Shown here: piece after piece, positions 10,530 through 23,366 of the stretch
Layout of the letters: each line of letters starts with the position of its first letter
Position numbering within the stretch: position 1 is the stretch's first letter
Source: Octopus sinensis
Taxonomy: Eukaryota
Assembly: GCF_006345805.1 (NCBI RefSeq)
Contig: NC_043013.1
Coordinates: 53,382,001-53,446,000, forward strand
Direction: 5' to 3'
DNA length: 64,000 nt
The notes under the pieces: generated by a model
Told to the model about the DNA's origin: nothing
Seen by the model: only the letters and a program-made list of their open reading frames with translations
Database searches by the model: none
Translations under genes and position numbers: made by a program

Positions 10530-10805
10530 GGAAGCGGTGTGGAAGACCATCGAATAGGTGTGTGTGTGTATGTGTGTGTGTGTGCCTCTTTATGTCTGTG
10601 TTTGTGAACCCCAACGCTTGGCAGCTGGTGTTGGAGGGTTTGCCTTCCCGTAACACAGCAGTTCGGTAAAAGATAGAATAACTTCCTTGTTTAAAAAAAG
10701 AAGTACCGGGTTCAATTCCTTCATTCGGCTAAAACTTCAAGGCGGTGCTCCAGCATGGCCGCAGTCTAATGACTGAAACAAGTGAAGATATAAAAGAAAA
10801 AAGAT
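10530..10805 (+). mobile_element. SINE family B, 3' part
   Basis: GGCGGTGCTCCAGCATGGCCGCAGTC..ATGACTGAAACAAG tail shared with 15313-15672, 26168-26592, 32740-33075 and 34015-34372. Confidence 0.65.
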
Positions 10806-11517
10806 GAAAAATTAATTATGTATGAAATAAAGCACTCGGAAAGAACATACGCAGGTGTGTATGTGTGTATGTGTGTGTATATTTGTGTGTGTGTGTGTGT
10901 TTGTGTGTGTGTGTGCAACGAATTTGCAAGTGTTAAGTGGAAGCCATTTTTATTTAAATGAATGCTTACAAAACATTACATTCTGATGAATCTGTTATTG
11001 TCGATGTTCGATATAACTTCTCTTTTCCATTCTATTCTTCATTTTGTCTTTTTATATCTCCCCTACTGCTCCTTTCTTTTGTCTCCCTCTAATACATTAA
11101 TTTTGACTCGGCTTCACCGAATTTCTTCTCCCTCCGTTCCTAACTAATTGAATATCTTCATTTTAGTTAAGCAACACCATAAAAACACTATTAACACAGA
11201 AAATCCGATAACAGCTGCCTACAATTTTCTTCTTTTAACTTTGACAAACATTTTCTCACTCTTACAATTGCATTCTAACTAACCACCTCTCTAACTCTCT
11301 CTGCCTTTCATTCTTTTTCTCTCTCCATCTCTTTCTCTCCATCCTCTCTCGCTCTCTCCTTTCCTCTCTCGCTCTTTTGACCCATGTTTCTATATCATTT
11401 GCTATTTGTGTCTCATATATATGTATATGCATGAGCGGGTGTATGCATATCCATATATAAACAGAATATATATATATATGTCTGTGTATATATATATTAT
11501 ATATATATATTATATAT

Positions 11518-11565
<48 letters not shown>

Positions 11566-11598
11566 ATAATATATATATATATATAAAACCATATATAA

Positions 11599-11636
<38 letters not shown>

Positions 11637-11644
11637 ATATATAA

Positions 11645-11708
<64 letters not shown>

Positions 11709-12103
11709 ATATATATATATGTATGTATGTATGATGTATGTATGTATTGAAAAGATTGCAAGAAGCAACGAAAATTTTTTAAATGAGTGGAAATTTTGCC
11801 GGTGATTGTGTTAAATTATAAGGCACCACAGACACAAGAGAATATACTTCAACACACGAACTCACATAAAGAATCTTGCAAACCGCATCCCAAAATGAAA
11901 CACACACACACACGCATCTGCTCTGTTCTGTGTATCACTTTATCCGTCCGTAAACATTTTAAAATTTTATCATAATTTTCTTGCCCGCATGATTGTTGCC
12001 TCTGACATCGTCATGAATTAACAGATATCAACACTCAGCACATATCCGTTGACTATATATATATATATACATACATACATACAAACATACATACATACAT
12101 ACA

Positions 12104-12138
<35 letters not shown>

Positions 12139-12509
12139 TTATATTTTTTTGTAACACGTTTTAACAAGTCACGGGTTAGCAATACTGAACTAATTAGTTT
12201 TCGACACTTCACTTAACTAATGTGGAATTGCGATCTGATTGCTCTTAATTATCAGAAGAAAGCTATTTAAAAAGAAAAACATTCATTTAAAAATACATGT
12301 CTATATGTGTTTGCATCTATGATTATCACGCTCATCTCGTACACATATACGCAAATGCGCTCGCATACACACACACGCACACACACACACACACACATTC
12401 AAAAAATTAGACACATATAGATACGTATACATAAATAAATACATATTCTTATAAAGACATATAAAGATATATATAGCGATCTCTCTCCCTCACCCCCTCT
12501 CTGTCTCTC

Positions 12510-12576
<67 letters not shown>

Positions 12577-12585
12577 TTATAGATG

Positions 12586-12901
12586 TACTCCGTCAGTTAC
12601 GACGACGCGGGTCTCAGATGATACGATCAACTAAACAGCTTGGTCGTGAAATTAACGTAGAAGAAACTGAGCACTCCATAGACTCGTGTACCTTTAATGT
12701 AGGTCTGGGGAGGATTCATCGTGAGACGCAGTGTGAGAAGGCTGGCCCTTTCCAAATACAGGCACTACTCATTTTTGCCAGCTGAGTGGGTGGAGCATCG
12801 TGAAATAAAGTGTCTTGCTCAAGGACACAACGTGTCGCCGGGAATTGAACTCACCAATTTTCGATCCTGAGCAGAATGCCCTAAGCACTAAGCCACGCGC
12901 C
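12586..12901 (-). mobile_element. tRNA-derived SINE family D
   Basis: Minus strand GGCGCGTGGCTTAGTGCTTAGGGC...GAGTTCAATTCCC (A/B boxes), followed by TTGAGCAAGACACTTTATTTCAC. Confidence 0.78.
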
Positions 12902-13126
12902 TTATATATTCATATATATATATATGTATGTATAAGGGTGAAAAGGGACACACGAGTTGATATATATGAAAAAACAAGTCAAGATAGAAAATGCTAAAAT
13001 AATTTTATAAAGAACATTTTAGTACCGGTTTCGGTCATTTTGAGACCTTTTCAACTGTAACGATTAAATAATTAAATTTAGAAAAATTAAAAGAAAAGTT
13101 GTTTTTTTAAAGGAATATTTGTATAG

Positions 13127-13238
13127 TGTTCAAATATAAGTGGCATTTTCCTTGTTTCTGCCTTTCTCTGTCTCTCATGTTTGCACTTGTGCAAACAAGA
13201 GAGACAGAGAAAGGCAGAATGCCACTTATATTTGAACA
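13127..13238. other. 112-nt fold-back hairpin (49 bp)
   Basis: TGTTCAAATATAAGTGGCA/TGCCACTTATATTTGAACA, TTCTGCCTTTCTCTGTCTCTC/GAGAGACAGAGAAAGGCAGAA and TGTTTGCAC-TT-GTGCAAACA pair, with one 10-nt bulge and one A/A mismatch. Confidence 0.9.
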
Positions 13239-13704
13239 GCATCTCGAAAGAGTCCAGAGGCTGGCTACCCGCATGGTTCATGGTCTCAAAAATGTGTCCT
13301 ACGAAGAAAGGCTGAGGACGCTCGACCTTTATTCTCTTGAAAAACGCCGCCGCCGTGGTGATCTCATTCTCGCCCACAACATCATATCGGGAAGTGTAAC
13401 CTCTCGAAAGAGCTGTTCTTCACTCCTGCTCTCGCTCCGAGCGTCGGCTGCGGTCATTCCGAAAAGCTCTACCTGCGACGATTTCATCTCATCGAAGGAG
13501 AGGAGCTTTCTCCGTCCGGGTTGCGGATCCGTGGAACAAGCTGCCAGACGAGATGGTGAAGATGCCGACGACCGCTTTGTTCAAAGCCTCCCTGGACCTC
13601 AAGTGGCCTGAACTCTTTACATGAACACCACCCTGTACTTAACTCCATGTCCCCCTACATGGCCTTGCTATTTGCTTTTGAGCCAAATTAACTAACTAAC
13701 TAAC
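13239..13704 (+). mobile_element. CR1-clade LINE 3' end (5'-truncated)
   Basis: Reads LERVQRLATRMVHGLKNVSYEERLRTLDLYSLEKRRRRGDLI; after frameshifts RGHSEKL...AFSVRVADPWNKLP...LFKASLD, with a stop at 13622-13624. A short UTR and a (TAAC)n tail follow. Confidence 0.85.
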
Positions 13705-13866
13705 ATTATACAAATATTCCTTTAAAAAAACTTTTCTTTTAATTTTTCTAAATTTAATTATTTAATCGTTACAGTTGAAAAGGTCTCAAAATGACCGAAA
13801 CCGGTACTAAAATGTTCTTTATAAAATTATTTTAGCATTTTCTATCTTGACTTGTTTTTTCATTTT

Positions 13867-13898
<32 letters not shown>

Positions 13899-13929
13899 TC
13901 TATATACAGTATAAATTTGTGTGTGTATC

Positions 13930-14310
13930 ATATACGGAGTGCGATGAGTAAATTTTCGCCATCCTACATTTCAATTTCGCGCATACGCATTGTTTCTTCT
14001 TGATTCTGTTGACTGCACAGTGTAGAAGAGGCAGTTGGGTATCGTCTGTGAGGAAAACAGCACCATGACGCAATTCACTCTGCCAGACATTTGGAAACGA
14101 CACGTTGTGCTGCTTGGCATTCTCCAATACGCTCCAATCTCCAATATGAACGTTTCAGAGTGTTTGAGTGTCAATCTGAGGACAGTGCAGAGGATTCGGA
14201 AAGAGTTGGATGAGTCTAATGGTGCTTACGAAGGTATGGCAGGTGGGAAATCTCACTCTGGTTGTTCTGATGAGAAAGAACTCCTGAATTTGTTGGTGAG
14301 ATCCAGGCCA
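13930..14310 (+). mobile_element. Tc1/mariner (maT-like) transposon 5' fragment
   Basis: MTQFTLPDIWKRHVVLLG...NLRTVQRIRKELDESNGAYEG. Homologous to the 5' part of 27880-29010. Confidence 0.75.
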
Positions 14311-14320
14311 CCTTGTCGTT

Positions 14321-14410
14321 GATGTTGAAATTCTAATAAAGGAGCCCCTTGGATCTAGGTTCGAAACCGACTCTTTCTCTATTGGCAAGAAATCTTGAAA
14401 TAAAACTCAA
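14321..14410 (+). mobile_element. 3' terminus of the (CATA)n-associated LINE family
   Basis: GATGTTGAAATTC..TGGATCTAGGTT..CTCTTTCTCTATTGGCAAGAAATCTTGAAATAAAAC matches the reverse complement of 9670-9770. Confidence 0.7.
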
Positions 14411-15206
14411 TAACGGCATACAAGCGTATATTAAGATGCTGCTTTCTGGGTAACGCAAATGGTATATATTTTCCCTTTGTTACCTTTACGGTGGAGTTGA
14501 AGAGGCTGGGTTCTATGTTTAGAAGTGATTCCCTTAAGTTTTCCTTGTCCTCTATTTCTTCTGTAATTGCTCACCGACGGGAATAAAATTCTCAAGTATT
14601 TCGTTCTGTATAAAGGGTCATCCGGAGACAGGTATACATCATGGGGAACCATGCAAAGATAGACAGTAGGCGAATGAGGGCTCCTAGATCCTTTGAGCTG
14701 AAATATTTATGGATGCATATGTACATCGTCCGATCCAGATAGAATTCATTGCGGATGTCAATTCTCTATTTATGGTTGCTGTAAAAAATTACTTGTGCGT
14801 CTTGACGCAGTCAGAAGCCATGAAAGTTTTCCTCGAGGGAAGAGAATATTGTTGTTTAAGCTGATAGAGTTTACCAAAGCCGACAAAATCAGCTTTCTTC
14901 TCATGCAGAAAGACAGGGATTAATTTCCGTCCTTCACATACGGCATGCATATCAGACAAGGGTTTTATCCACACAATTGCTTCATCGCAACCGCTTAAAG
15001 TTTTCGACAACAACAATGCACATGACGAAGAGAAGTTCCTAACACAGTCTTGGAAACCTTCCTGAGAGAATTTGATTAGCTTCAGTCTGTTATATTTGTC
15101 AGGTGTTGGGTCATGCTTAGTCTGTATATATATATATATATATAACCAAGAGAAAGATTTGGGATGTTTGTTTTCTTTTTTGCTTTTATTAAAATAATTT
15201 CCTATT

Positions 15207-15672
15207 GGCACAAGTACCAGTTAAGCACTGCGGTCGATGTACTCGACTTAATCATTTTTTCTGTCCTTGTTTGTCCCCTCTGTGTTTAGCCCCTTGTGGG
15301 TAATAAAGAAATAAGAAGCTCGCTTCCCAACCACATGCTATCGAGTTCAGTGGCACAATGAAGAAGTGTCTTCTGCTATAGCCCCAGGCCGACCAAAGCC
15401 TTTGGAGTGGATTTGGTAGACGGAGACTAAAAGACGATAGTCGTATATATAAATGTGTATGTGTGTGTGTGTGTTTCTTTGTGTCCGGGTTTGTCCCTCC
15501 CCATCGCTTGAAAACCGATATTGGTGTATTGGTCTGACTTAGGAAAAAAGGTTTCCTAGAACAAGTACCAGGTTTTGCAATAAGTACTGAGTTCGATTCA
15601 TTCGACTAAACATTCTTCAGGCCGATGCCCCAGCATGGCCGCAATGCATTAACTGAAACAAGTGAAAGATAA
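15207..15672 (+). mobile_element. SINE A 3' half fused to SINE B
   Basis: The family A tail GTGGGTAATAAAGAAATAAG runs directly into family B AAGCTCGCTTCCCAACCACATG at about 15313. Confidence 0.7.
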
Positions 15673-16050
15673 AACTTAAGAATACATGTGTGTGTGTGTG
15701 TGTGTTTCTGTGTGTACGTGTGCATGTGTGCTCGTTTATGTGTCTGTGTTTGTATTTGTGTGTATGCGTGTATGTGTGTGTACGTGTGTGTGTGTGCGTG
15801 TGTGTGTGCATGTGTATGTGTCTGCGTTTGCATTCGCGTGTATGCGTGTGTGTGAGAGAGAGAGCATGGATGTGCGTACGTGGGTTCGTGTGTGTGTGTG
15901 AAAGCCTGTCTGTGCATTTTGTATCATTCCATGTTGCTCAGGTCTACTCAGCCGTTGCCCGGCAACGCTGTGATTGATAACCGTTCAGCTCAATGGGAAT
16001 GCTAAGCCGCCCACCTAGTCTATTGGTACCATTCAAAAGCTAAGAGAATC

Positions 16051-16447
16051 TTTTCTACTCAAGGCACAAAATCTAGAAATTTTGGGGGAGTGGGGCTAGA
16101 CGATTAGATCGACCCCAGTGGGTAACTGGTACTTATTTAATCGACTCCGAAAGGATAAAAGGCAAAGTCAACCTCGGCGGAATTTGAACTCAGAACGTAA
16201 CGGCCGATGAAATACCTGTTACTTTACTACCCACAAGGGACAAAACACAGAGAGGACAAACAAGGGCAGACAACCGGATTAAGTCGATTATGTCGACCAC
16301 AGTGCGTAACTTGTACTTATTTAACCGACCCCGAAAGGATGAAAGGCAAAGTCGACCTCGGCGGAATTTGAACTCTGAACGCAACAGCTAACGAAATACG
16401 GCTACGTATTTCGTCCGGCGTGCTAACGTTTCTGCCAGCTCGCCGCC
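16051..16447 (-). mobile_element. SINE family A head-to-tail dimer
   Basis: A full copy at 16447-16215 is joined at GGTATTTC to a headless second copy. Confidence 0.75.
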
Positions 16448-16937
16448 TTCAAAAGCGAAGGACATTGTGGACAGTGGCGTAGTACAACCAGCCAATAATC
16501 TGGTCGATACCATATATACGTGATTTTATTGTGTGTCAGAATTTGACATTTTCCTTTTACTCATTAACTATATAGACATATATTGTAACCCCAAATAATT
16601 CGCTATTTTTATAGACATTATTTGAGCACTTTCTGTGTAAAATATCTCGCCAACACTAATTATGATATACACTGTGGTGTATGAAAATGCCTTCTTACAC
16701 ATATAATACATACATTCATACATGCATATATATATATATATGTATATATATATATGTATATGTATCTATATGTGTTCGTATGTGCGTGTGTGTATATATA
16801 TATATATATATATACACATGCATATATGTACACACACACATGCACAGACATGTATATGCACACAAAGACAGAGAGAGAGGGAGAGAGAGAACAGAGAAAT
16901 AGGTGTTTAGCTATATGTTATATCCAATATATATATG

Positions 16938-16985
<48 letters not shown>

Positions 16986-17187
16986 ATATATACACAACAC
17001 ACATTTATACATGCATGTATATACATATACATATACACACGTAGAAGAGTGAGTATATTATTTCAGCCAATGCTGGTGATTTATACTCTATCGCTACACG
17101 CTAATTTTGGCTCGACATATATGTTTATGTTGCATACGGGCACACGCACGCACACACACACACGCACACACACACACACACACACAC

Positions 17188-17222
<35 letters not shown>

Positions 17223-17829
17223 ATACTGTGCTGCTGCATTTGCAAGCCAGAGGTATTTTTTCCCCCTTTCCATCTTTTTTTTCCAGTTTTCTCTTTTCTT
17301 GTTCCTAGATGTGCAGTTAATCATATTGCTTCCAGCTATCGGATTACCAATATTTCCTCTGCAAAGATAACGTTTTCGCTGCTGTTTTTGTTAAAGAGCT
17401 TCTGGTATTTATGAGCTGTTAGGTCATATTTTTTTCATAAACACTAGAAACTTTCTGGCTAGGTTGGACGTTAGCTTAATGCTAAAGGCTAGTTTCAAGC
17501 AGATGATTTTTTCATTTCCTACAATTGTTATCCGGTGAGTTATGGGCTGTTCTATATTCCCATCTCTCTTTAAATCAACATTTTCTCAGTGTAATATTAT
17601 CAAGATAAAGAGCAGTAAGTATCGAACATATATGCATCACATAAGTTTCAGGAAATAGTGAATGTATGTATTGTCGTGTACAACAAGCTAAGTGTGGCAG
17701 TAGTTTGGCGGACTTGAAGTAGTCAACTAGAGGCCTGTGATATCCGCTGTTGTTTATCGAATGGTCACCCAATAATTATTCCATGAAAGAATCAGCTAAC
17801 CTCCAATGAATGTCCTTGACATGCTGTAA

Positions 17830-18280
17830 GTCAGAGTTGTATTTTAATGCAACACAAAGCAATTTTAGAGGTGTAAGTTAAACGGTCTGTGACATGGAAA
17901 AAGGATTCAGAGGCCTGAAAAGTGGAGTTGCTTTGGAGAAAGGAACTGGTTTAGCAACGGAAGCGGTGAGAGGCGAGTAAAAGATTTTGATTGCATGAGA
18001 GAAGAGTGAAGGAACCTTAGAATGAAAAGTCAATGATAATGTGGTTGTGTCTCAAAGAAAGGGTTCGGTGTTCAGACGGAAATAGGGAAAATGTGAGCTC
18101 CAACATGAAGGAAGGTCGATGTGGTACAATGACCAGAGAGAAATTCAATGGAAAGGAAAGCGGTTAGTTGAGCGGTGAGTAAAGGGCTGAATGTTGTATT
18201 TAACTGGTGTCGGATCTTAATAGTAAGTTTACTGTTTATTCACAGGGATTTCGAAGTTTGGTGTTTAGCTGCTGACATCT
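17830..18280 (-). mobile_element. Possible degenerate LINE (CR1/L2/Jockey group) 3' fragment
   Basis: Patchy translations NIQPFTHR, SGHCTTS and ESFFHVT resemble the QPL.HRR / G.CS / SFF.RT motifs. Many stops. Confidence 0.3.
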
Positions 18281-18528
18281 ACGTATGTATGTATGTATGT
18301 ATGTATGTAGTATGTATGTATGTATGTATGTATGTATGTATGTATTATGTATGTATGTATGCATATAATACAGCAAGTACAGGACATCACCTACGAGTGA
18401 AAAATACGTAAACACACGAGAGACAAGTACTAGAAAAAGTAACAATAGAAGTCTAACCCCTTCTCAGTTGACGCCTGTTAATTACTACGTATTTCGAGCT
18501 TGTGCACAGTAAGTTTTTACTATATGCA

Positions 18529-18570
<42 letters not shown>

Positions 18571-18755
18571 AGAAATGAGGTAATCAGATCGGATGGTTCA
18601 TATTTATAGATATTTATTTATATATTACATTTTATATATATATATATCATATCATTCAGATCATATCATTCGGATTATTAGCGCTTTCTCCCATTCCAGT
18701 GGGGTTTTCAAATCAAATTAATCCCTTTGTGGGGAATTTGGTCATTTTATATATA

Positions 18756-18788
<33 letters not shown>

Positions 18789-18799
18789 GCTCTCGTAAC

Positions 18800-18990
18800 C
18801 CCAACCCACCCCTACACGCTCCGACCCCACCTCTACCCCCACCCACTGCCTACCCACATACCCCACCCTCAGCCTAACCCACACCCCAGCCTTGCTTTCC
18901 TCTCTCTTGCCTCCCCCGCCTCCCAAAACCATCACACCACACCACCATACCACACAACACATCACATCGCACCACAACGCACACACTACA
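18800..18990 (+). repeat. C-rich segment homologous to the Penelope-like 3' UTR at 38280-38520
   Basis: CCCACCTCTACCCCCACC...GCTTTCC...CCTCCC.AAA.CATCACACCACACCAC is shared in opposite orientation. Confidence 0.5.
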
Positions 18991-21824
18991 CGCGCGCGCG
19001 CGCAAAAGTCTTTGAGAACCATAGAACTTTGTCGTCCAGGAGTTTAAATTCTCTGACTTTGACTGATGAATGGAATTCTTGTTGTTAAATTTCTGGCGAC
19101 ATAACACTTTGGAAAATGAATTTAACAAATTATCCAACTGTCAACCAATTATTTATCTATTTAGTGTTTTATTGTTTTTGATTCGTACACCAATATTTCA
19201 TCGTTTGATCAGATTAGATGGGGGATATATTAATCGAAACCTCCTTATATGGAACAGAGAAGTACAATAGTTCGGGATAATGGTCTTGGAAAAAGAATTA
19301 GATTGTATTAACACCAATGACTCTAAAAGTTTCAGTAATTTTCTTTAAGGAATTGATTTGATCTGAGATGGTATGTTGGGACTGAGGCAGCGTTTGTTTA
19401 TGCTATAGGCAGAAGGTCAACATATTTGAGGAAAGTTGGCTAAGGGATAGCATCGATTTGTACTTCATTTGTACCTGATTTGTATTTTAGTGTATCGATC
19501 GCAGAAGAAAGAAAGGTAAAGTTGACCTTGTCGGAATTTGAACCAGAAACGTAAAGAGTGAGAACGAGTTTGTAATGTGTCGAACATTATGGGAAAGATA
19601 GATTTATATGGATGTATATTCTGCTTTGTTTAAACATTAATAAAATGGCGGGGAGAGACAAAAATCACATAAAACACGTGGCGTTTGTAAGTTTGAAAAG
19701 ATTTGATCTAAGATATTTATATAGGAAGGAGGGCTGTTAATCAATTATACAGTTTATTATGATTATATTAAACAGATTCCCTTTTAGATTATTGCAGCAG
19801 TCCTTCAGTTTCTTTAAGCCCAGTAAATGAACTCAGAAAGTTAGGCCTCCGACCACGCTTTTCGATGTACACTTAAAGCCAGGAACCTTTCAGCACCCCC
19901 TCCGTATTTTAACTCTGTTACCCGGCGGAATTTGACGGAGGCAGGCAGTCGTCCTGTGGATGTTTCTAATTGATGTGTAACCATGAGACATAACTTAGTG
20001 AGCAAACATGATTAGGCATTTTGATACCGATCCACCAGAGACCGCGCTGGTTTTAACATAGTATATTGTCGTTTAAAACGATCGAAATTAAAAGCTGTTC
20101 ATCGAAATTTTATGTTAATTTATGTTCAATACATCAGTTTAGTAATGAGGAAGTTATTTTACTAAATTCTTCATTGATTTTAAAATTTATTTATACAAAG
20201 CAGAACATTTTAATAGAAATATTGCAACTAACGTCTGAAAGCGTTAAAAAGTGAGAATTCTGATTTTTCTAGCTTGTCGAAATTTTGTGTGTAACGCTGT
20301 ACTATTTTCATTTTACCATAACTTTGTATTTGTATTGATGTTATTTTCAGATTCTGTATATTATTTTAATATTTACTTTAGAGAAGGCGGTGAGCTGGCA
20401 GAATTGTTAGCACGCTGGGCAAAATGCTTGGCGGCATTTCGTTCGTCTTTACGTTCTGAGTTCAAATTCCAGACTAATCGATTCAGTGCACTTATGATAT
20501 TTACTGGCTAGAAACAGCTACAACTGTTCTCTGTGGACAGAAAAAGGCGGTCACATGGTCTCTGAAGGGATGGAGATAACAATGGAAACAAGGTCAGGGC
20601 AAACCATATTTTTCTGTCGATGGACCAATAAAATGACATTTGTTTACATCTGTATTTGAATAGAAATAGCAACTGTTTCTTCTCATTTTCACTATTTACA
20701 AACTTTTGCTTTAAAATGAATTCAAAGTTTCCAACACACGCTGTTTAGTGAATGAGTAATTATTGTGTTGTGTTTCTCCCTTTGGTTTCTAATTGTTAAA
20801 TATTTAATAGCATCAACGTTTTGCATTATATTAACATTGTACTTTTGTCTGTGGCCAATGTGTACTGCTGCGTAGTGGAAAATGGTGGAGCTGGTGGGTT
20901 TCTTTAGACAGTAAATTCGATGAAAAGATATTGTACCCTACTAAATATGTTGTACTGTTTATATTAACCACTCGAAGTTTTTACATTGAAACTTTTTGTC
21001 ATCATCAATTCTCTTGAATGTGTTATCTTTATATTCTTGGTTCATCCCTACTGTTTAGTCCCAGATCAAACCTGATCGATCAGATAATCTTATGATCAGA
21101 TATATTATTTCAGCTTCAGCATATTTTCTAGTAATTCAATTAGGATAGTTTTCTGGGATTACGTTATTTAACGTGTGATTTACATTTTAAAACGGTCAGT
21201 TTTAGGTTAGGCACTATGTCTTGAAAATAAAGTGACTGGTCAGTGGTTCCGTCAACGGCGCATTTTTTCTTCTATCTTTTACTGAGTAAAGCTCGTAGCA
21301 ATTTTAGACGAAAAAGTCATGAACGCTACAATTTCTCATTTGCACCGAAAATAATTTTAAGTCTAGACACCAGCAACAACAAACAATACTAAATTTTTTC
21401 TTAGACGAGACAATTATTGTTGCAGTTTAATCCTCGTAGCAGCCGTATTTAAGCAGATCCATAGTCAAAGGTATTCCAGCCGTGACCAACCCGTCTTATT
21501 CTCCTATACCTAGGATTATATAATCAATTGGGGAGTTTCAGTTTCAATGAGTGTGTGTAGCTTGAGGAAGATTTGGTCGGCAGTATCGTTAGCGTGCCGG
21601 ACTAATGCTTAGTGGCATTTCGTCCGACTTGGCGTTCTGAATTCAAACACCATCGTGGTCGACTTTGCCTTTCATCCTTTCGAGGCGGTTAAAAATTAAG
21701 TACCAGTCAACCACTCGGGTCGATGTAATCGACTAGACCCCTCCCCCAAAATGTCAGGCCTTGTGCCTGTAAAAAACAGGACCGTTTCTAGTAAGAAAAA
21801 AAAATCACTACAAGGCTCTTTCAT

Positions 21825-21890
21825 TTCGAGTTCTGTATATTTTGGCCAAACAACTAATCCGTTTTGTGAGAAATAAATTATTTTAGCTAG
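21825..21890 (+). repeat. 66-bp direct repeat, copy 1
   Basis: TTCGAGTTCTGTATATTTTGGCCAAAC...TATTTTAGCTAG. 61/66 identical to 23143-23208. Confidence 0.85.
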
Positions 21891-22750
21891 ATTTTGAGAT
21901 TCAAAAATTAACAAAACAAAAATAAATAAAATGTTGAACTATATTTATCCTTTTAAACTCTACTGGAAAGATATTTGCTCACAGCATCTTGTCTTGAAAA
22001 AGTAAATAACAGATAGCTTCTTATTGCTCTTATGTAGCTCTAGACTATATTAATTCAATTTTCCAGAGTAATCGACAGCAGGATGTAGGTCACCAGTAAT
22101 TTGAAACTGCACTGAATGATTTCGTGCACCTTTTTAAGGAATTTATTGACAATATTCCCACGTATCTCTAGAATTTATAATATCACATTTTACTGAATTA
22201 GATATGAAAACTAAACTGTCTTTACACCTTTTTTCCACTTCAAACTTAGCGGGAGCAGAGAAATATCATGAAAGTATGGCATAAAGGCAATTTAAACTAA
22301 TGTATTATTATGCTACAGCCTTTAAATCCATGGATAAAAATTGCACTGAAAATTTAGTGACTACATACAGAAATTCAGTTGAATGGCTTCGGACAAGAGT
22401 ATATAAATGAAATGGCATATAAGACGGTAACATTCAAAACCATTCGAAAAGGCGACCTCTCTTGAAACATGAAACCAGAGGTATTAGAGAATGTAGGCAA
22501 TTTGAAAAATACGCCTATTATGCAATGAAGAAACGCCGCCTTCTCCCGACAATATGTATATAATAGATAATAAAACGACTTGTTTACATTTGATATATTT
22601 CTGGTAAGCATTGGTAATAATGTTTTCACCTTCTTATGTATAAAACCCACAAAATGCGAAGATAGATACTGCTCATGCAGTTTTGTTGTTGGGTAATAAC
22701 TGAAGTTCTTTGTCCAAGTATTTAATAATCGTTCAAAGTATGCACACATC

Positions 22751-22795
<45 letters not shown>

Positions 22796-23142
22796 TTTCT
22801 TTTTTTCTTTCTGTCTGTCTGTCTCTCTCTCTCTATCTATCTATCTATCTTCCTTTCTTACGCAAAGTTTACAGCTGATGAGGGATTTCTCGCGTTCAGA
22901 GATTTCAGAGCCAAAGCTTTAGGATTCCCCTTAATATTTTTAAGGAACCCCATCGCAATGGGGTTTTTGTCATTACTTCTTGCCGCTACATTTGCAGTAG
23001 ACTCAAATTGTCCCTTCCTATATTGACCGTTCCCTTGCAGAACAGAGTCTCATTAACACTTCATCTCGGGGCCTCGTTTATGTAACATCAGGGTGCACAT
23101 ACATACCTGTGAGGCATTGCTACACCTGTCTAGGCGGAAGAC

Positions 23143-23208
23143 TTCGAGTTCTGTATATTTTGGCCAAACGACGAATCCATTTTGTGGGAAATAAACTATT
23201 TTAGCTAG
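23143..23208 (+). repeat. 66-bp direct repeat, copy 2
   Basis: See copy 1. Confidence 0.85.
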
Positions 23209-23296
23209 GTGTTGTTTGGAAAATCACCAATATGCAACAAACTACCGATACTTATAAAAAAAGACAACCACCACCACCAACAACAATAACAACAGC

Positions 23297-23333
<37 letters not shown>

Positions 23334-23334
23334 A

Positions 23335-23366
<32 letters not shown>

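Larger units (their letters stand above)
12966..13863. repeat. Long inverted repeat (arms 12966-13130 and 13702-13863) enclosing a hairpin and a CR1 fragment
   Basis: The arms are reverse complements. I found one substitution and one 3-nt indel over about 165 bp. Confidence 0.9.

Noticed and set aside
14430-15120. 140-aa minus ORF and neighbouring sequence faintly like RT domains
   Set aside because: The similarity (WIKPLSD, VPHDVYLSP) is too weak to call.
17309-17404. Candidate 96-bp exon after a strong polypyrimidine tract
   Set aside because: Only one open frame, the peptide is unrecognisable, and the donor is weak.
22876-22920. Isolated CTGATGA heptamers (also about 19062 and 42388)
   Set aside because: No downstream stem II-GAAA-stem III arrangement.
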